A stretch of DNA of 29,676 bases from an uncultured Gammaproteobacteria bacterium (GTDB lineage: Bacteria; Pseudomonadota; Gammaproteobacteria; CAZMMH01), in contig CAZMMH010000002.1 of the NCBI GenBank assembly GCA_964567315.1, positions 1 to 29,676 of the forward strand, written 5' to 3'. This document shows, one piece after another, positions 22,309 to 29,676 of this stretch; within the stretch, counting starts at the first letter, position 1, and each line of letters opens with the position of its first letter. The notes below the pieces were generated by a model, which was not told the origin of the DNA, searched no databases, and saw nothing but the letters and a program-made list of their open reading frames with translations. Made by a program: the position numbers and the translations under genes.

Positions 22309-22760
22309 ATTTATTGTCTCTCGGGGGCCCGGTCCTGCTTGGCGGCCGCCGGCAGAGCCGGGCCGGCGCCGGGCGTACGCCTGCGTGCGCACCCGTGAAG
22401 CGGGGCGCAGGCAGCATTGCCGTGAACTCGGGCCAGAAATAGCGGCCCAGCCGGCACAGCAGCAGCGCAAACAGGGGGGCGTGACAGTTCATTGAATCGG
22501 GTACGGTCGGCACCGGTCGTCGGTGCCTCGGTTCCTTGTGCATGTTGACGGCGGGGCGGGCCCTGGGCCGCTGCCGCGCCTGTTTCTCGATCCCCGTCGA
22601 GGGGTGGTACCGCCGGAGAACCGTCGGCGCCTGTCTCGGACGCGAATGCGAAGAATCTTGCTTCTGCCTGACCTGCTGGGCGGATCGCCCGCCGCGGGTC
22701 TGGCGGAAGGTAATATAACAGTGAACAGGAGTGGCATCAACGTTCTGTAATATGCGCTAA
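22309..22760 (-). promoter_or_regulatory. Long structured rne leader / divergent rne-rluC control region
   Basis: 523-nt intergenic gap with inverted repeats at 22379-22412 and 22509-22527 and an AT-rich patch near 22710-22790. Long autoregulatory rne 5' UTRs are established in E. coli. TSS not determined. Confidence 0.5.
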
Positions 22761-22816
22761 GCTGCCGGTTTTTTGGAAAAAATATTTCCGGTCGCGCGGC
22801 GGTTCGGGGGCAAAAC

Positions 22817-22825
22817 TGGTATCAT
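22817..22825 (+). promoter_or_regulatory. Extended -10 promoter candidate for rluC
   Basis: TGGTATCAT ends 6 nt before the ATG at 22832, with no Shine-Dalgarno in between. Confidence 0.5.
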
Positions 22826-22831
22826 TCGCGA

Positions 22832-23785
22832 ATGAATCAGCCGGCCCCTTCACCCCGCGTCCAGGAACTGGAAATCGACGCCGAACAGGCGGGCCAGCGC
22901 ATCGACAACTTCCTTCTGCGCCGGTTGAAAGGGGTGCCGAAGAGCCGCATATACCGCATCCTGCGCAAGGGTGAGGTGCGGGTGAATCGGGGGAGGATCG
23001 GTCCCGATTATCGCCTTCAGAGTGGCGATCGGGTCCGTATTCCGCCGATTCGCGTCGGCGAGGCCAAGCCGGCGCCCCGTACCGACGGGGATCGCCTCGC
23101 CTGGCTGGAGCAGCGGGTGCTGTTCGAGGACAAGGGGCTGCTGATCCTCGACAAGCCGAGCGGCATGGCGGTGCACGGCGGCAGCGGCGTCAGCTTCGGC
23201 GTGATCGAGGCGCTGCGGGCCCTGCGCCCGAGCGCGCCGTTCCTGGAGCTGGTACACCGCCTGGACCGGGATACCTCGGGCTGCCTGATGGTGGCCAAGA
23301 AACGCTCGATCCTGCGCGCCCTGCACGAACTGATGCGCGGCGACGGCGTCGAAAAGCGCTATCTGGCCCTGCTCGCCGGGGCCTGGAAGGGCGGCGAGCG
23401 GCGGGTTTCGGCGCCGTTGCGCAAGAACGTGGTGAGCAGCGGCGAGCGCATCGTGCGGGTCGACCCGGAGGGCAAGCCGGCGCGCAGCCTGTTCCGCCCG
23501 CTGCGGCGCTTTGCCGACGCGACCCTGGTGGAGGTGGTGCTGGATACCGGGCGCACCCACCAGATCCGGGTGCACGCCGCCCACATCGGCCACCCCGTGG
23601 CCGGCGACGAGAAATATGGCGACGAGACCTGCAACCGGCGCCTGCGCGAACTGGGCCTGAAACGGCTGTTCCTGCATGCCCACGCGCTGGCCTTCCAACT
23701 GCCGGAGCGCGAGCGGCTGGAGGCGAGCACGCCGCTGGACCCGGAGCTGCAGGCGGTGCTGGAGAGGCTGCACGAGAAGAAGTGA
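22832..23785 (+). CDS. rluC: 23S rRNA pseudouridine(955/2504/2580) synthase
   Basis: S4 domain GQRIDNFL...[33 protein letters not shown], catalytic [19 protein letters not shown] and LFLHA. Divergent from rne. Confidence 0.97.
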   Translation: MNQPAPSPRVQELEIDAEQAGQRIDNFLLRRLKGVPKSRIYRILRKGEVRVNRGRIGPDYRLQSGDRVRIPPIRVGEAKPAPRTDGDRLAWLEQRVLFEDKGLLILDKPSGMAVHGGSGVSFGVIEALRALRPSAPFLELVHRLDRDTSGCLMVAKKRSILRALHELMRGDGVEKRYLALLAGAWKGGERRVSAPLRKNVVSSGERIVRVDPEGKPARSLFRPLRRFADATLVEVVLDTGRTHQIRVHAAHIGHPVAGDEKYGDETCNRRLRELGLKRLFLHAHALAFQLPERERLEASTPLDPELQAVLERLHEKK

Positions 23786-24468
23786 CGATGAGTGGCGAAT
23801 ACCGATTGGTGATTTTCGACTGGGACGGCACCCTGATGGATTCGGTGGGGCAGATCCTGGAGTGTATGCAGGCGGCGATCCGCGAGCTGGAACTGCCTTC
23901 ACGCAGCGACGAGCAGATCAAGAACATCATCGGCCTCGGCCTGCACGAGGCGATCGAGCAGCTGTTCCCGGGCCACCCGCCGGAGTTTGCCGAGCGCGTG
24001 GCCGGACGCTACCGCCACTACTACCTTTCCGGTGAGGCCAGCCCCTCGAGCCTGTTCGACGGGGTGGTCGGGATGCTCGATAGCCTGCGTGACGCCGGCT
24101 ACCGGATGGCGGTGGCCACCGGCAAGGGGCGGCTGGGGCTGGACAAGGTCCTGGCGGAGACCGGTGTGGGCCACTATTTCGAGGCCACCCGCTGTTCCGA
24201 CGAAACCCGCTCCAAGCCCCATCCCCAGATGCTGCACGAGCTGATGGCGGAGCTCGGCAGCGGGCCCGGCGAAACCCTGATGGTCGGCGATACCGAGTAC
24301 GATATGGAGATGGCCTGCCGGGCCGGGGTCGGGCCGCTGGCGGTCAGCTACGGCGTCCACGACTGCCGCCGCCTGCACCGGCATGCGCCGCTGGCCTGCC
24401 TCGATTACATCGGCGAGCTGCCGGCCTGGCTGCACCAGGCGGCCGGCCGGCGGCGCGCGGGCGGCTGA
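23782..24468 (+). CDS. HAD-IA family hydrolase (phosphoglycolate phosphatase-like)
   Basis: Motif [11 protein letters not shown], motif II VATGK, motif III SKPHP, motif [14 protein letters not shown] overlap with rluC (ATG 23788 is an alternative start). Confidence 0.92.
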   Translation: MTMSGEYRLVIFDWDGTLMDSVGQILECMQAAIRELELPSRSDEQIKNIIGLGLHEAIEQLFPGHPPEFAERVAGRYRHYYLSGEASPSSLFDGVVGMLDSLRDAGYRMAVATGKGRLGLDKVLAETGVGHYFEATRCSDETRSKPHPQMLHELMAELGSGPGETLMVGDTEYDMEMACRAGVGPLAVSYGVHDCRRLHRHAPLACLDYIGELPAWLHQAAGRRRAGG

Positions 24469-24542
24469 AGTCCCCTTCCCGGCGGTGGGCGCACTGCCCG
24501 CCCGGGTGCGGAATCTGATCGGCAACGGACAAGGAGAGCGGA

Positions 24543-25493
24543 ATGAGCGACGGTGACGGCCGCGGCACGGGTTGGGAAAGGGATGTGATCGAGCGCCTGG
24601 CGATGGCCGCGATCAAGGAGCAACGGCGGGCCCGGCGCTGGGGCATCTTCTTCAAGCTGCTGCTGTTTCTCTACCTGTTCGGTCTGCTGGCGCTCTATTC
24701 CCCGGGACTGTGGCAGGAGTCGGAGCTGCACACCGGCAAGCACACGGCCCTGGTCAATCTGACCGGGGTGATCGCCGCCGGCCAGCCGGCCAATGCCGAC
24801 GACATCATTGAGGCCCTCGACAGCGCCTTCAAGGCCAAGGGCTCCAAAGGGGTGATCCTGCGGATCAACAGCCCCGGGGGCAGCCCGGTGCAGGCGGGCC
24901 AGATCGCCGACGAGATACGGCGCCTGCGCAAGCAATATCCGCACAAGCCCCTCTACGCGGTGGTCGACGACCTGTGCGCCTCGGGCGGCTACTATGTGGC
25001 CTCGGCGGCCGACAAGATCTACGTCAACAAGGCCAGCCTCGTCGGCTCCATCGGCGTGCTGATGAACGGCTTCGGCTTCGTCGATTCCCTGCACAAGCTG
25101 GGGGTGGAACGGCGCCTCTACACGGCCGGCCAGCACAAGGGCTTTCTCGATCCGTTTTCGCCGGTGCAGCCCGATGACGTGAAGTACGTGGAGTCGATGC
25201 TGGACGATATCCATCAGCAGTTCATCGACGTGGTCAAGCAGGGCAGGGGGGCGCGCCTGAAGAACGATCCGCAGCTCTTCAGCGGCCTGATGTGGACCGG
25301 TGACAAGGCGATCAAGCTGGGCCTCGCCGACGATTATGGCAGCGTCGGCCAGGTGGCCCGGGACGTGATCGGCGCCCGCCAGGTGGTGGACTACACCGTC
25401 AAGCAGGGCTTCCTGGCGCGGGTGGCCGACCGCATCGGCAGCAGCATGGCCAACCTGGTGTTGTCGCGGGTGGAGGCGCCGGCGCTGAGGTAG
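24543..25493 (+). CDS. sppA: S49-family signal peptide peptidase (short SppA/SohB type)
   Basis: N-terminal TM segment, then LRINSPGGSPVQ, ASGGYYVASAAD and VGSIGV. Conserved position after rluC-HAD. Confidence 0.9.
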   Translation: MSDGDGRGTGWERDVIERLAMAAIKEQRRARRWGIFFKLLLFLYLFGLLALYSPGLWQESELHTGKHTALVNLTGVIAAGQPANADDIIEALDSAFKAKGSKGVILRINSPGGSPVQAGQIADEIRRLRKQYPHKPLYAVVDDLCASGGYYVASAADKIYVNKASLVGSIGVLMNGFGFVDSLHKLGVERRLYTAGQHKGFLDPFSPVQPDDVKYVESMLDDIHQQFIDVVKQGRGARLKNDPQLFSGLMWTGDKAIKLGLADDYGSVGQVARDVIGARQVVDYTVKQGFLARVADRIGSSMANLVLSRVEAPALR

Positions 25494-25520
25494 GGCCTTC
25501 CGCCGACCGCTTGCCGGCGC

Positions 25521-27131
25521 CTAGATCCGAAAGCGCTGCACCACCCCCTGCAGCTGGTCGGCCTCGTGGGCCAGCCGGGAACCGGTATTCGAGGCCTGCT
25601 GGGCGGTGTCGGCGGTCGCCTCCACCGCCTGGTTGATGGCGACGATGTTGCGGTTGATCTCCTCGGAGACCGCGCTCTGCTCCTCGGCGGCGCTGGCGAT
25701 CTGGGTGCTCATGTCGCTGATGGTGCTTACCGCATTGCGGATGTCGGTCAGCGAACGGCCCGCCTCGCCGGCGTGTTCCACCGTGGTCTGAGCGGTGCTC
25801 CGGCCCTGTTCCATCACCGCCACCGCCTCACGCGCCCCCTGCTGCAGGCGTTCGATCATCTGCTGAATCTCCTGGGTCGACTGGGCGGTGCGCGAGGCGA
25901 GGGTGCGCACCTCGTCGGCGACCACGGCGAAGCCGCGGCCCTGCTCGCCGGCCCGGGCCGCCTCGATGGCGGCGTTGAGCGCCAGCAGGTTGGTCTGTTC
26001 GGCGATGCCCTTGATCACGTCGAGCACGGCACCGATATTCTCGCTCTCCTCCTCGAGCCGGCCGATCACCTCGGTACCGCGCATCACCTCGTCCGCCAGG
26101 CGGTTGATTGCGTTGACCGTCTCCTCGACCACCCGTTGGCCTCGGTCCACCTCCTGATCCGAGTGGTGGGCCGCCTCGGCGGCGGCGCTGGTGTTGCGCG
26201 AGATCTCCTGCACCGTGGCCACCATTTCATTGATGGCGGTGGCCACCTGTTCGATCTCCGACTGCTGGCGGCCGATACTCTGACTGGTGGTCTCGGCGAT
26301 GCCGTTCATGGCGTCCACCGCCGAGCCGACTTCGCCGCTGCTGGCGGCGATTTCACCGATGGAGGCACGTAGCTGCGTCTGCATACGGCTCATCGCCTCG
26401 GCCAGGCGGCCGATCTCGTTGCCGCCGGCTATCTGCGGCGGCGCCCGGGTGAAGTCGTTGTCGGCCATCTGCAGGGCCACCTCGGTCAGTCCGCCGAGAG
26501 GGCGGATGGTCCGGATCAGCATCATCAGACCGCCGATGATGATCACCGCCAGCAGCAGGGAGGTCACCATGGTGGCTACGGTGGCGGTCTGCTGGGATCT
26601 GCGCAGCTTGGCGAAGACCGCCTGCTTGGCGTCCGCGGCCCGCTTCAGCAGGCCGTTCACCTGGGTGCCGATCTTTTCGGCGGCAGCGTCGAAGTTGGGC
26701 ATGAAGGCGTTACCGCCGGCCGGCCCCTGGTCGACGTAGAGCTGGGCCATCTTGCGGCCGCTTTGGTAGTAGGCGTCGAAGCTCTCCCGCAGCCGGGTGT
26801 AGAACTCGCCGTTGCCTTCGTCCAGGGCCTCAAGTTCCCCGATCAGCTTGTGCGCCTCGGCGGCGTGCTTGGCGGCATTGTCGAGGCCATCGTCGAGCCC
26901 GTTCTGGCCGCGGGTCGCGCTGATGTCGGAGAGGAACTGCTGTACCTGGATCACGTCCAGCTTGAGTTCGAGCGCCTTGCGCTGGAACGGGTCGTTGTGT
27001 TCGGCGAGGCTGCGGGTCGCCTGACGGACCTCGCGGGTGGTGAACTGGTTGGCGGTGGCCATGATCGCCATGGCGACCGCGAGGACACCCACCAAGAACC
27101 ATGCGTAGCGGATGATCGAACAGTTTTTCAT
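25521..27131 (-). CDS. Methyl-accepting chemotaxis protein, 536 aa
   Basis: Start ATG 27131 ([15 protein letters not shown]...). TM1, helical periplasmic domain, TM2, HAMP (IRPL...GNEIGRLA), signalling hairpin [37 protein letters not shown], and methylation helices (QQSEIEQ; [10 protein letters not shown]). Confidence 0.96.
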   Translation of the reverse strand: MKNCSIIRYAWFLVGVLAVAMAIMATANQFTTREVRQATRSLAEHNDPFQRKALELKLDVIQVQQFLSDISATRGQNGLDDGLDNAAKHAAEAHKLIGELEALDEGNGEFYTRLRESFDAYYQSGRKMAQLYVDQGPAGGNAFMPNFDAAAEKIGTQVNGLLKRAADAKQAVFAKLRRSQQTATVATMVTSLLLAVIIIGGLMMLIRTIRPLGGLTEVALQMADNDFTRAPPQIAGGNEIGRLAEAMSRMQTQLRASIGEIAASSGEVGSAVDAMNGIAETTSQSIGRQQSEIEQVATAINEMVATVQEISRNTSAAAEAAHHSDQEVDRGQRVVEETVNAINRLADEVMRGTEVIGRLEEESENIGAVLDVIKGIAEQTNLLALNAAIEAARAGEQGRGFAVVADEVRTLASRTAQSTQEIQQMIERLQQGAREAVAVMEQGRSTAQTTVEHAGEAGRSLTDIRNAVSTISDMSTQIASAAEEQSAVSEEINRNIVAINQAVEATADTAQQASNTGSRLAHEADQLQGVVQRFRI

Positions 27132-27215
27132 TGCGCCACCTTGCTTCTTGTTCGCTATTGTCTGCCGCCCGGCCCCGTTCACGGGGACCCGGCGAGGCAC
27201 GCAGCCGTATATGAA

Positions 27216-27242
27216 CTAGCGGCTGCTCAATGAGTTACTTAA
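27216..27242 (-). promoter_or_regulatory. Candidate sigma28 (FliA) promoter for the MCP gene
   Basis: Minus strand TTAAGTAA-N11-GCCGCTAG versus consensus TAAAGTTT-N11-GCCGATAA (5/8 and 6/8, correct spacing), about 85 nt upstream of the ATG. Confidence 0.55.
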
Positions 27243-27317
27243 GAATCTTAGCGGGCTTTCGGCAAGTTGGCGAAATGCCGCGGGGATCTTGCGGACACGG
27301 CGGGGGAGGGGGGCGCT

Positions 27318-27914
27318 TCAGGTCGCGGCGCTCAGAACGTCGCAACCTTCGGCGGCCAGCATGGCGGTCAGGCGGATCAACGGCAGGCCGATCAGGCTGT
27401 TGGGGTCGTCGCCCTCGAGGCGCTCGAACAGGGCGATGCCGAGACCTTCCGACTTGAAGCTGCCGGCGCAGTTGTATGGCGTTTCGTGGCGCAGGTAACC
27501 CTCGATCTGCGCCGGGCTGAGCCGGCGGAAGACGACGTGGAAGGGTTCGACGCAGCTTTGGGCCCGGCCGTTGGCGGCGTTCAACAGGCAGAGGCCGGTA
27601 TGGAAGACGACGCTGCGGCCGCTGGCGGCGGTGAGTTGGCGCACGGCGTTGGCGTGGTCGCCCGGCTTGCCCAGGATATCGCCATCGATCACCGCCACCT
27701 GATCCGAGCCGATGATCAGGGCCTGCGGGTGGCGCGCGGCCACCGCCTCGGCCTTGGCCCGGGCGAGGCGGGCCACCAGGGCCTCCGGGGGCTCATCGGG
27801 CAGGCGGCTCTCGTCCACCTCGGGTGCAGCGGTGAGAAAGGGCAGACCGAGCCGTTCCAGCAGGGCGCGACGGAAGGGCGAGGTGGAGCCGAGAACCAGC
27901 GGGGGACAGGGCAT
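27318..27914 (-). CDS. yceF: Maf-family nucleotide pyrophosphatase, YceF subtype (7-methyl-GTP pyrophosphatase-like)
   Basis: [21 protein letters not shown] (Gln typical of the YceF subtype), [16 protein letters not shown] and [12 protein letters not shown]. Start ATG 27914 (GTG 27926 is an alternative). Confidence 0.9.
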   Translation of the reverse strand: MPCPPLVLGSTSPFRRALLERLGLPFLTAAPEVDESRLPDEPPEALVARLARAKAEAVAARHPQALIIGSDQVAVIDGDILGKPGDHANAVRQLTAASGRSVVFHTGLCLLNAANGRAQSCVEPFHVVFRRLSPAQIEGYLRHETPYNCAGSFKSEGLGIALFERLEGDDPNSLIGLPLIRLTAMLAAEGCDVLSAAT

Positions 27915-27922
27915 ACGGGGTG

Positions 27923-29676
27923 TCACTCGATCTCGACCAGGGCCTCGTCCGGGTTGACCCGATCGCCCTTCTGCACGTGGATCGCCTTGACCGTCCCGGA
28001 GACCGGCGCCTGCACCTCGGTCTCCATCTTCATCGCTTCGGTCACCAGCACCGGATCGCCGGCGTTGACCGTGTCGCCCTCCTTGACCAGCACCTCGACG
28101 ATGCTCCCCGGCATGGAGGTGGTGACATGGCCGGGCTTGGTCGCGCGCAGGCGCTTGCTGGCCCCCTTGGCGCCGGTGGCCGGTTTGCTCTCGGCGCCGG
28201 CGGAGGGGATCAGCGGCACCAGCTCGCCCAGGCTTTCGATGATCACCTCTTCCGGCATGCCGTCGACGGTGAGATAGAAGGGCCGCCGTTCCGCGTTCCA
28301 GTGGCCGGCGCCGGTCACCTTGATGTGGTAGTGCTCGCCATGCAGGGTGACGTTGAACTCGGTCGGCGCGAAGTGGCCGCCCTCGCCGGTGGTGGCGGGG
28401 AGCGGTTCCAGCGGCTCCGGCATCAGGGTGCCGGCGGCGCGCCCTTCGAGAAATTCGCGGCCGATCTCCGGGAACATGGCGTAGGTGAGGACGTCCTCCT
28501 CGCTCTTGGCCAGCTCGCCGATCTCCCGGCGCAGGTTGTCCATCTCGGGGTGCAGCAGGTCGGCGGGGCGGCAGTCGATGCCCTGTTCGTTGCCGATCGC
28601 CTGCTGGCGGACCATGGAGTTGACCTCGCCTGGTGCCTTGCCGTAGCGCCCCTGGAGGTAGAGTTTCACCTCGTTGGTGATGGTCTTGTAGCGGGTGCCG
28701 GTGAGCACGTTGAGCACCGCCTGGGTGCCGACGATCTGCGAGGTCGGCGTGACCAGCGGCGGGTAGCCGAGGTCTTCGCGCACCCGCGGGATCTCGGCCA
28801 ACACTTCGTTCATGCGGCCCAGCGCGCCCTGTTCGCGCAGCTGGTTGGAGAGATTGGAGATCATGCCGCCGGGAACCTGATTCACCTGGACGCGGGTATC
28901 GATGCCGGTGTACTCGCTCTCGTACTGGTGATACTTCTTGCGCACCTCATGGAAATAGAAACCGATCTCCTGCAACAGCGGCAGGTCCAATCCGGTGTCG
29001 TATTCGCTGCCGCGCAGCGCCGCCACCATCGATTCGGTGGGCGGATGCGAGGTGCCGCCGGCGAAGGCGGAGATGGCGGTATCGATGTGTACGGCGCCGT
29101 GCTCGATGGCCTTGATCTGACACATGCTGGCCAGGCCGGCGGTGGCGTGGCCGTGTATCGCCACCGGCACCTTGAGGCCGCCGACCAGGGCATCGACCAA
29201 CTGTGCGGTCGCCGTCGGCGTGAGCAGGCCGGCCATGTCCTTGATCGCAATGCTGTCGCAGCCCATGGCCTCCATCTCCCGGGCCATGGCCACGAACTGC
29301 GGAATGCCGTGCACCGGGCTGGTAGTGTAGCTGATCGCCCCCTGTGCGTGTTTGCCGTTCTTCTTCACCGCGTTGATGGCGGTGCGCAGGTTGCGGGTAT
29401 CGTTGAGGGCGTCGAAGACACGGAATACGTCGACGCCGTTGGCGGCGGCACGCTCCACGAACGCCTCGACCACATCGTCGGAGTAGTGGCGGTAACCGAG
29501 CAGATTCTGGCCGCGCAGCAGCATCTGCAACCGGGTGTTCGGTAGCGCCTGGCGCAGTTTGCGCAGGCGCTCCCACGGGTCCTCCTTGAGGAACCGCAGG
29601 CAGGCGTCGAAGGTGGCGCCGCCCCAGACTTCCAGCGACCAGAAGCCGACCTTGTCGAGCTTGTCGCAGATGGGCA
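27923..29676 (-). CDS. pycB: Pyruvate carboxylase subunit B (carboxyltransferase + biotin carrier), 5' end outside window
   Basis: Frame stays open to the window edge ([37 protein letters not shown]...QMLLRGQN). Motifs [27 protein letters not shown] and biotin site EAMKM. Linker [19 protein letters not shown] resembles Pseudomonas-type PycB. No oadB follows downstream, which argues against oadA. Confidence 0.85.
   Translation of the reverse strand, partial: PICDKLDKVGFWSLEVWGGATFDACLRFLKEDPWERLRKLRQALPNTRLQMLLRGQNLLGYRHYSDDVVEAFVERAAANGVDVFRVFDALNDTRNLRTAINAVKKNGKHAQGAISYTTSPVHGIPQFVAMAREMEAMGCDSIAIKDMAGLLTPTATAQLVDALVGGLKVPVAIHGHATAGLASMCQIKAIEHGAVHIDTAISAFAGGTSHPPTESMVAALRGSEYDTGLDLPLLQEIGFYFHEVRKKYHQYESEYTGIDTRVQVNQVPGGMISNLSNQLREQGALGRMNEVLAEIPRVREDLGYPPLVTPTSQIVGTQAVLNVLTGTRYKTITNEVKLYLQGRYGKAPGEVNSMVRQQAIGNEQGIDCRPADLLHPEMDNLRREIGELAKSEEDVLTYAMFPEIGREFLEGRAAGTLMPEPLEPLPATTGEGGHFAPTEFNVTLHGEHYHIKVTGAGHWNAERRPFYLTVDGMPEEVIIESLGELVPLIPSAGAESKPATGAKGASKRLRATKPGHVTTSMPGSIVEVLVKEGDTVNAGDPVLVTEAMKMETEVQAPVSGTVKAIHVQKGDRVNPDEALVEIE

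Noticed and set aside
22489-22750. Short ORFs in the rne-rluC intergenic region
   Set aside because: No motifs, poor codon bias and overlapping frames on both strands; better explained as leader and promoter DNA.
27923-29676. Annotation as oadA (Na+-pumping oxaloacetate decarboxylase alpha subunit)
   Set aside because: oadB would be expected immediately downstream, but yceF is there instead, and the linker resembles PycB. Not fully excludable without the upstream gene.

Overview
A GC-rich gammaproteobacterial chromosomal window with no rRNA, tRNA, CRISPR, transposase or integrase that I can detect. The backbone is the conserved locus exbD(partial)-msbA-lpxK-ycaR(Trm112)-kdsB ... ptpA / rne / rluC-HAD-sppA / yceF(maf), in the order known from Pseudomonas-like genomes. 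It is interrupted three times. (1) A ~15.3 kb accessory block lies between kdsB and ptpA. It encodes an 88-aa hypothetical protein, a histone-H1-like DUF2934 protein, a GT4 glycosyltransferase, a Cache/PAS histidine kinase with a FixJ-like regulator and a stand-alone receiver, a 67-aa four-cysteine miniprotein, a TPR/beta-barrel + FecR-domain + CHASE2 adenylyl cyclase operon, TrxC and a MacAB-like exporter. (2) An orphan chemoreceptor with a sigma28-like promoter lies between sppA and yceF. (3) Pyruvate carboxylase subunit B (5'-truncated by the window edge) sits directly upstream of yceF. The best candidate for an undescribed system is the three-gene trans-envelope cAMP module at 10854-15302, together with the divergent Cys4 miniprotein. 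All assignments come from motif recognition by eye; no database searches were run.
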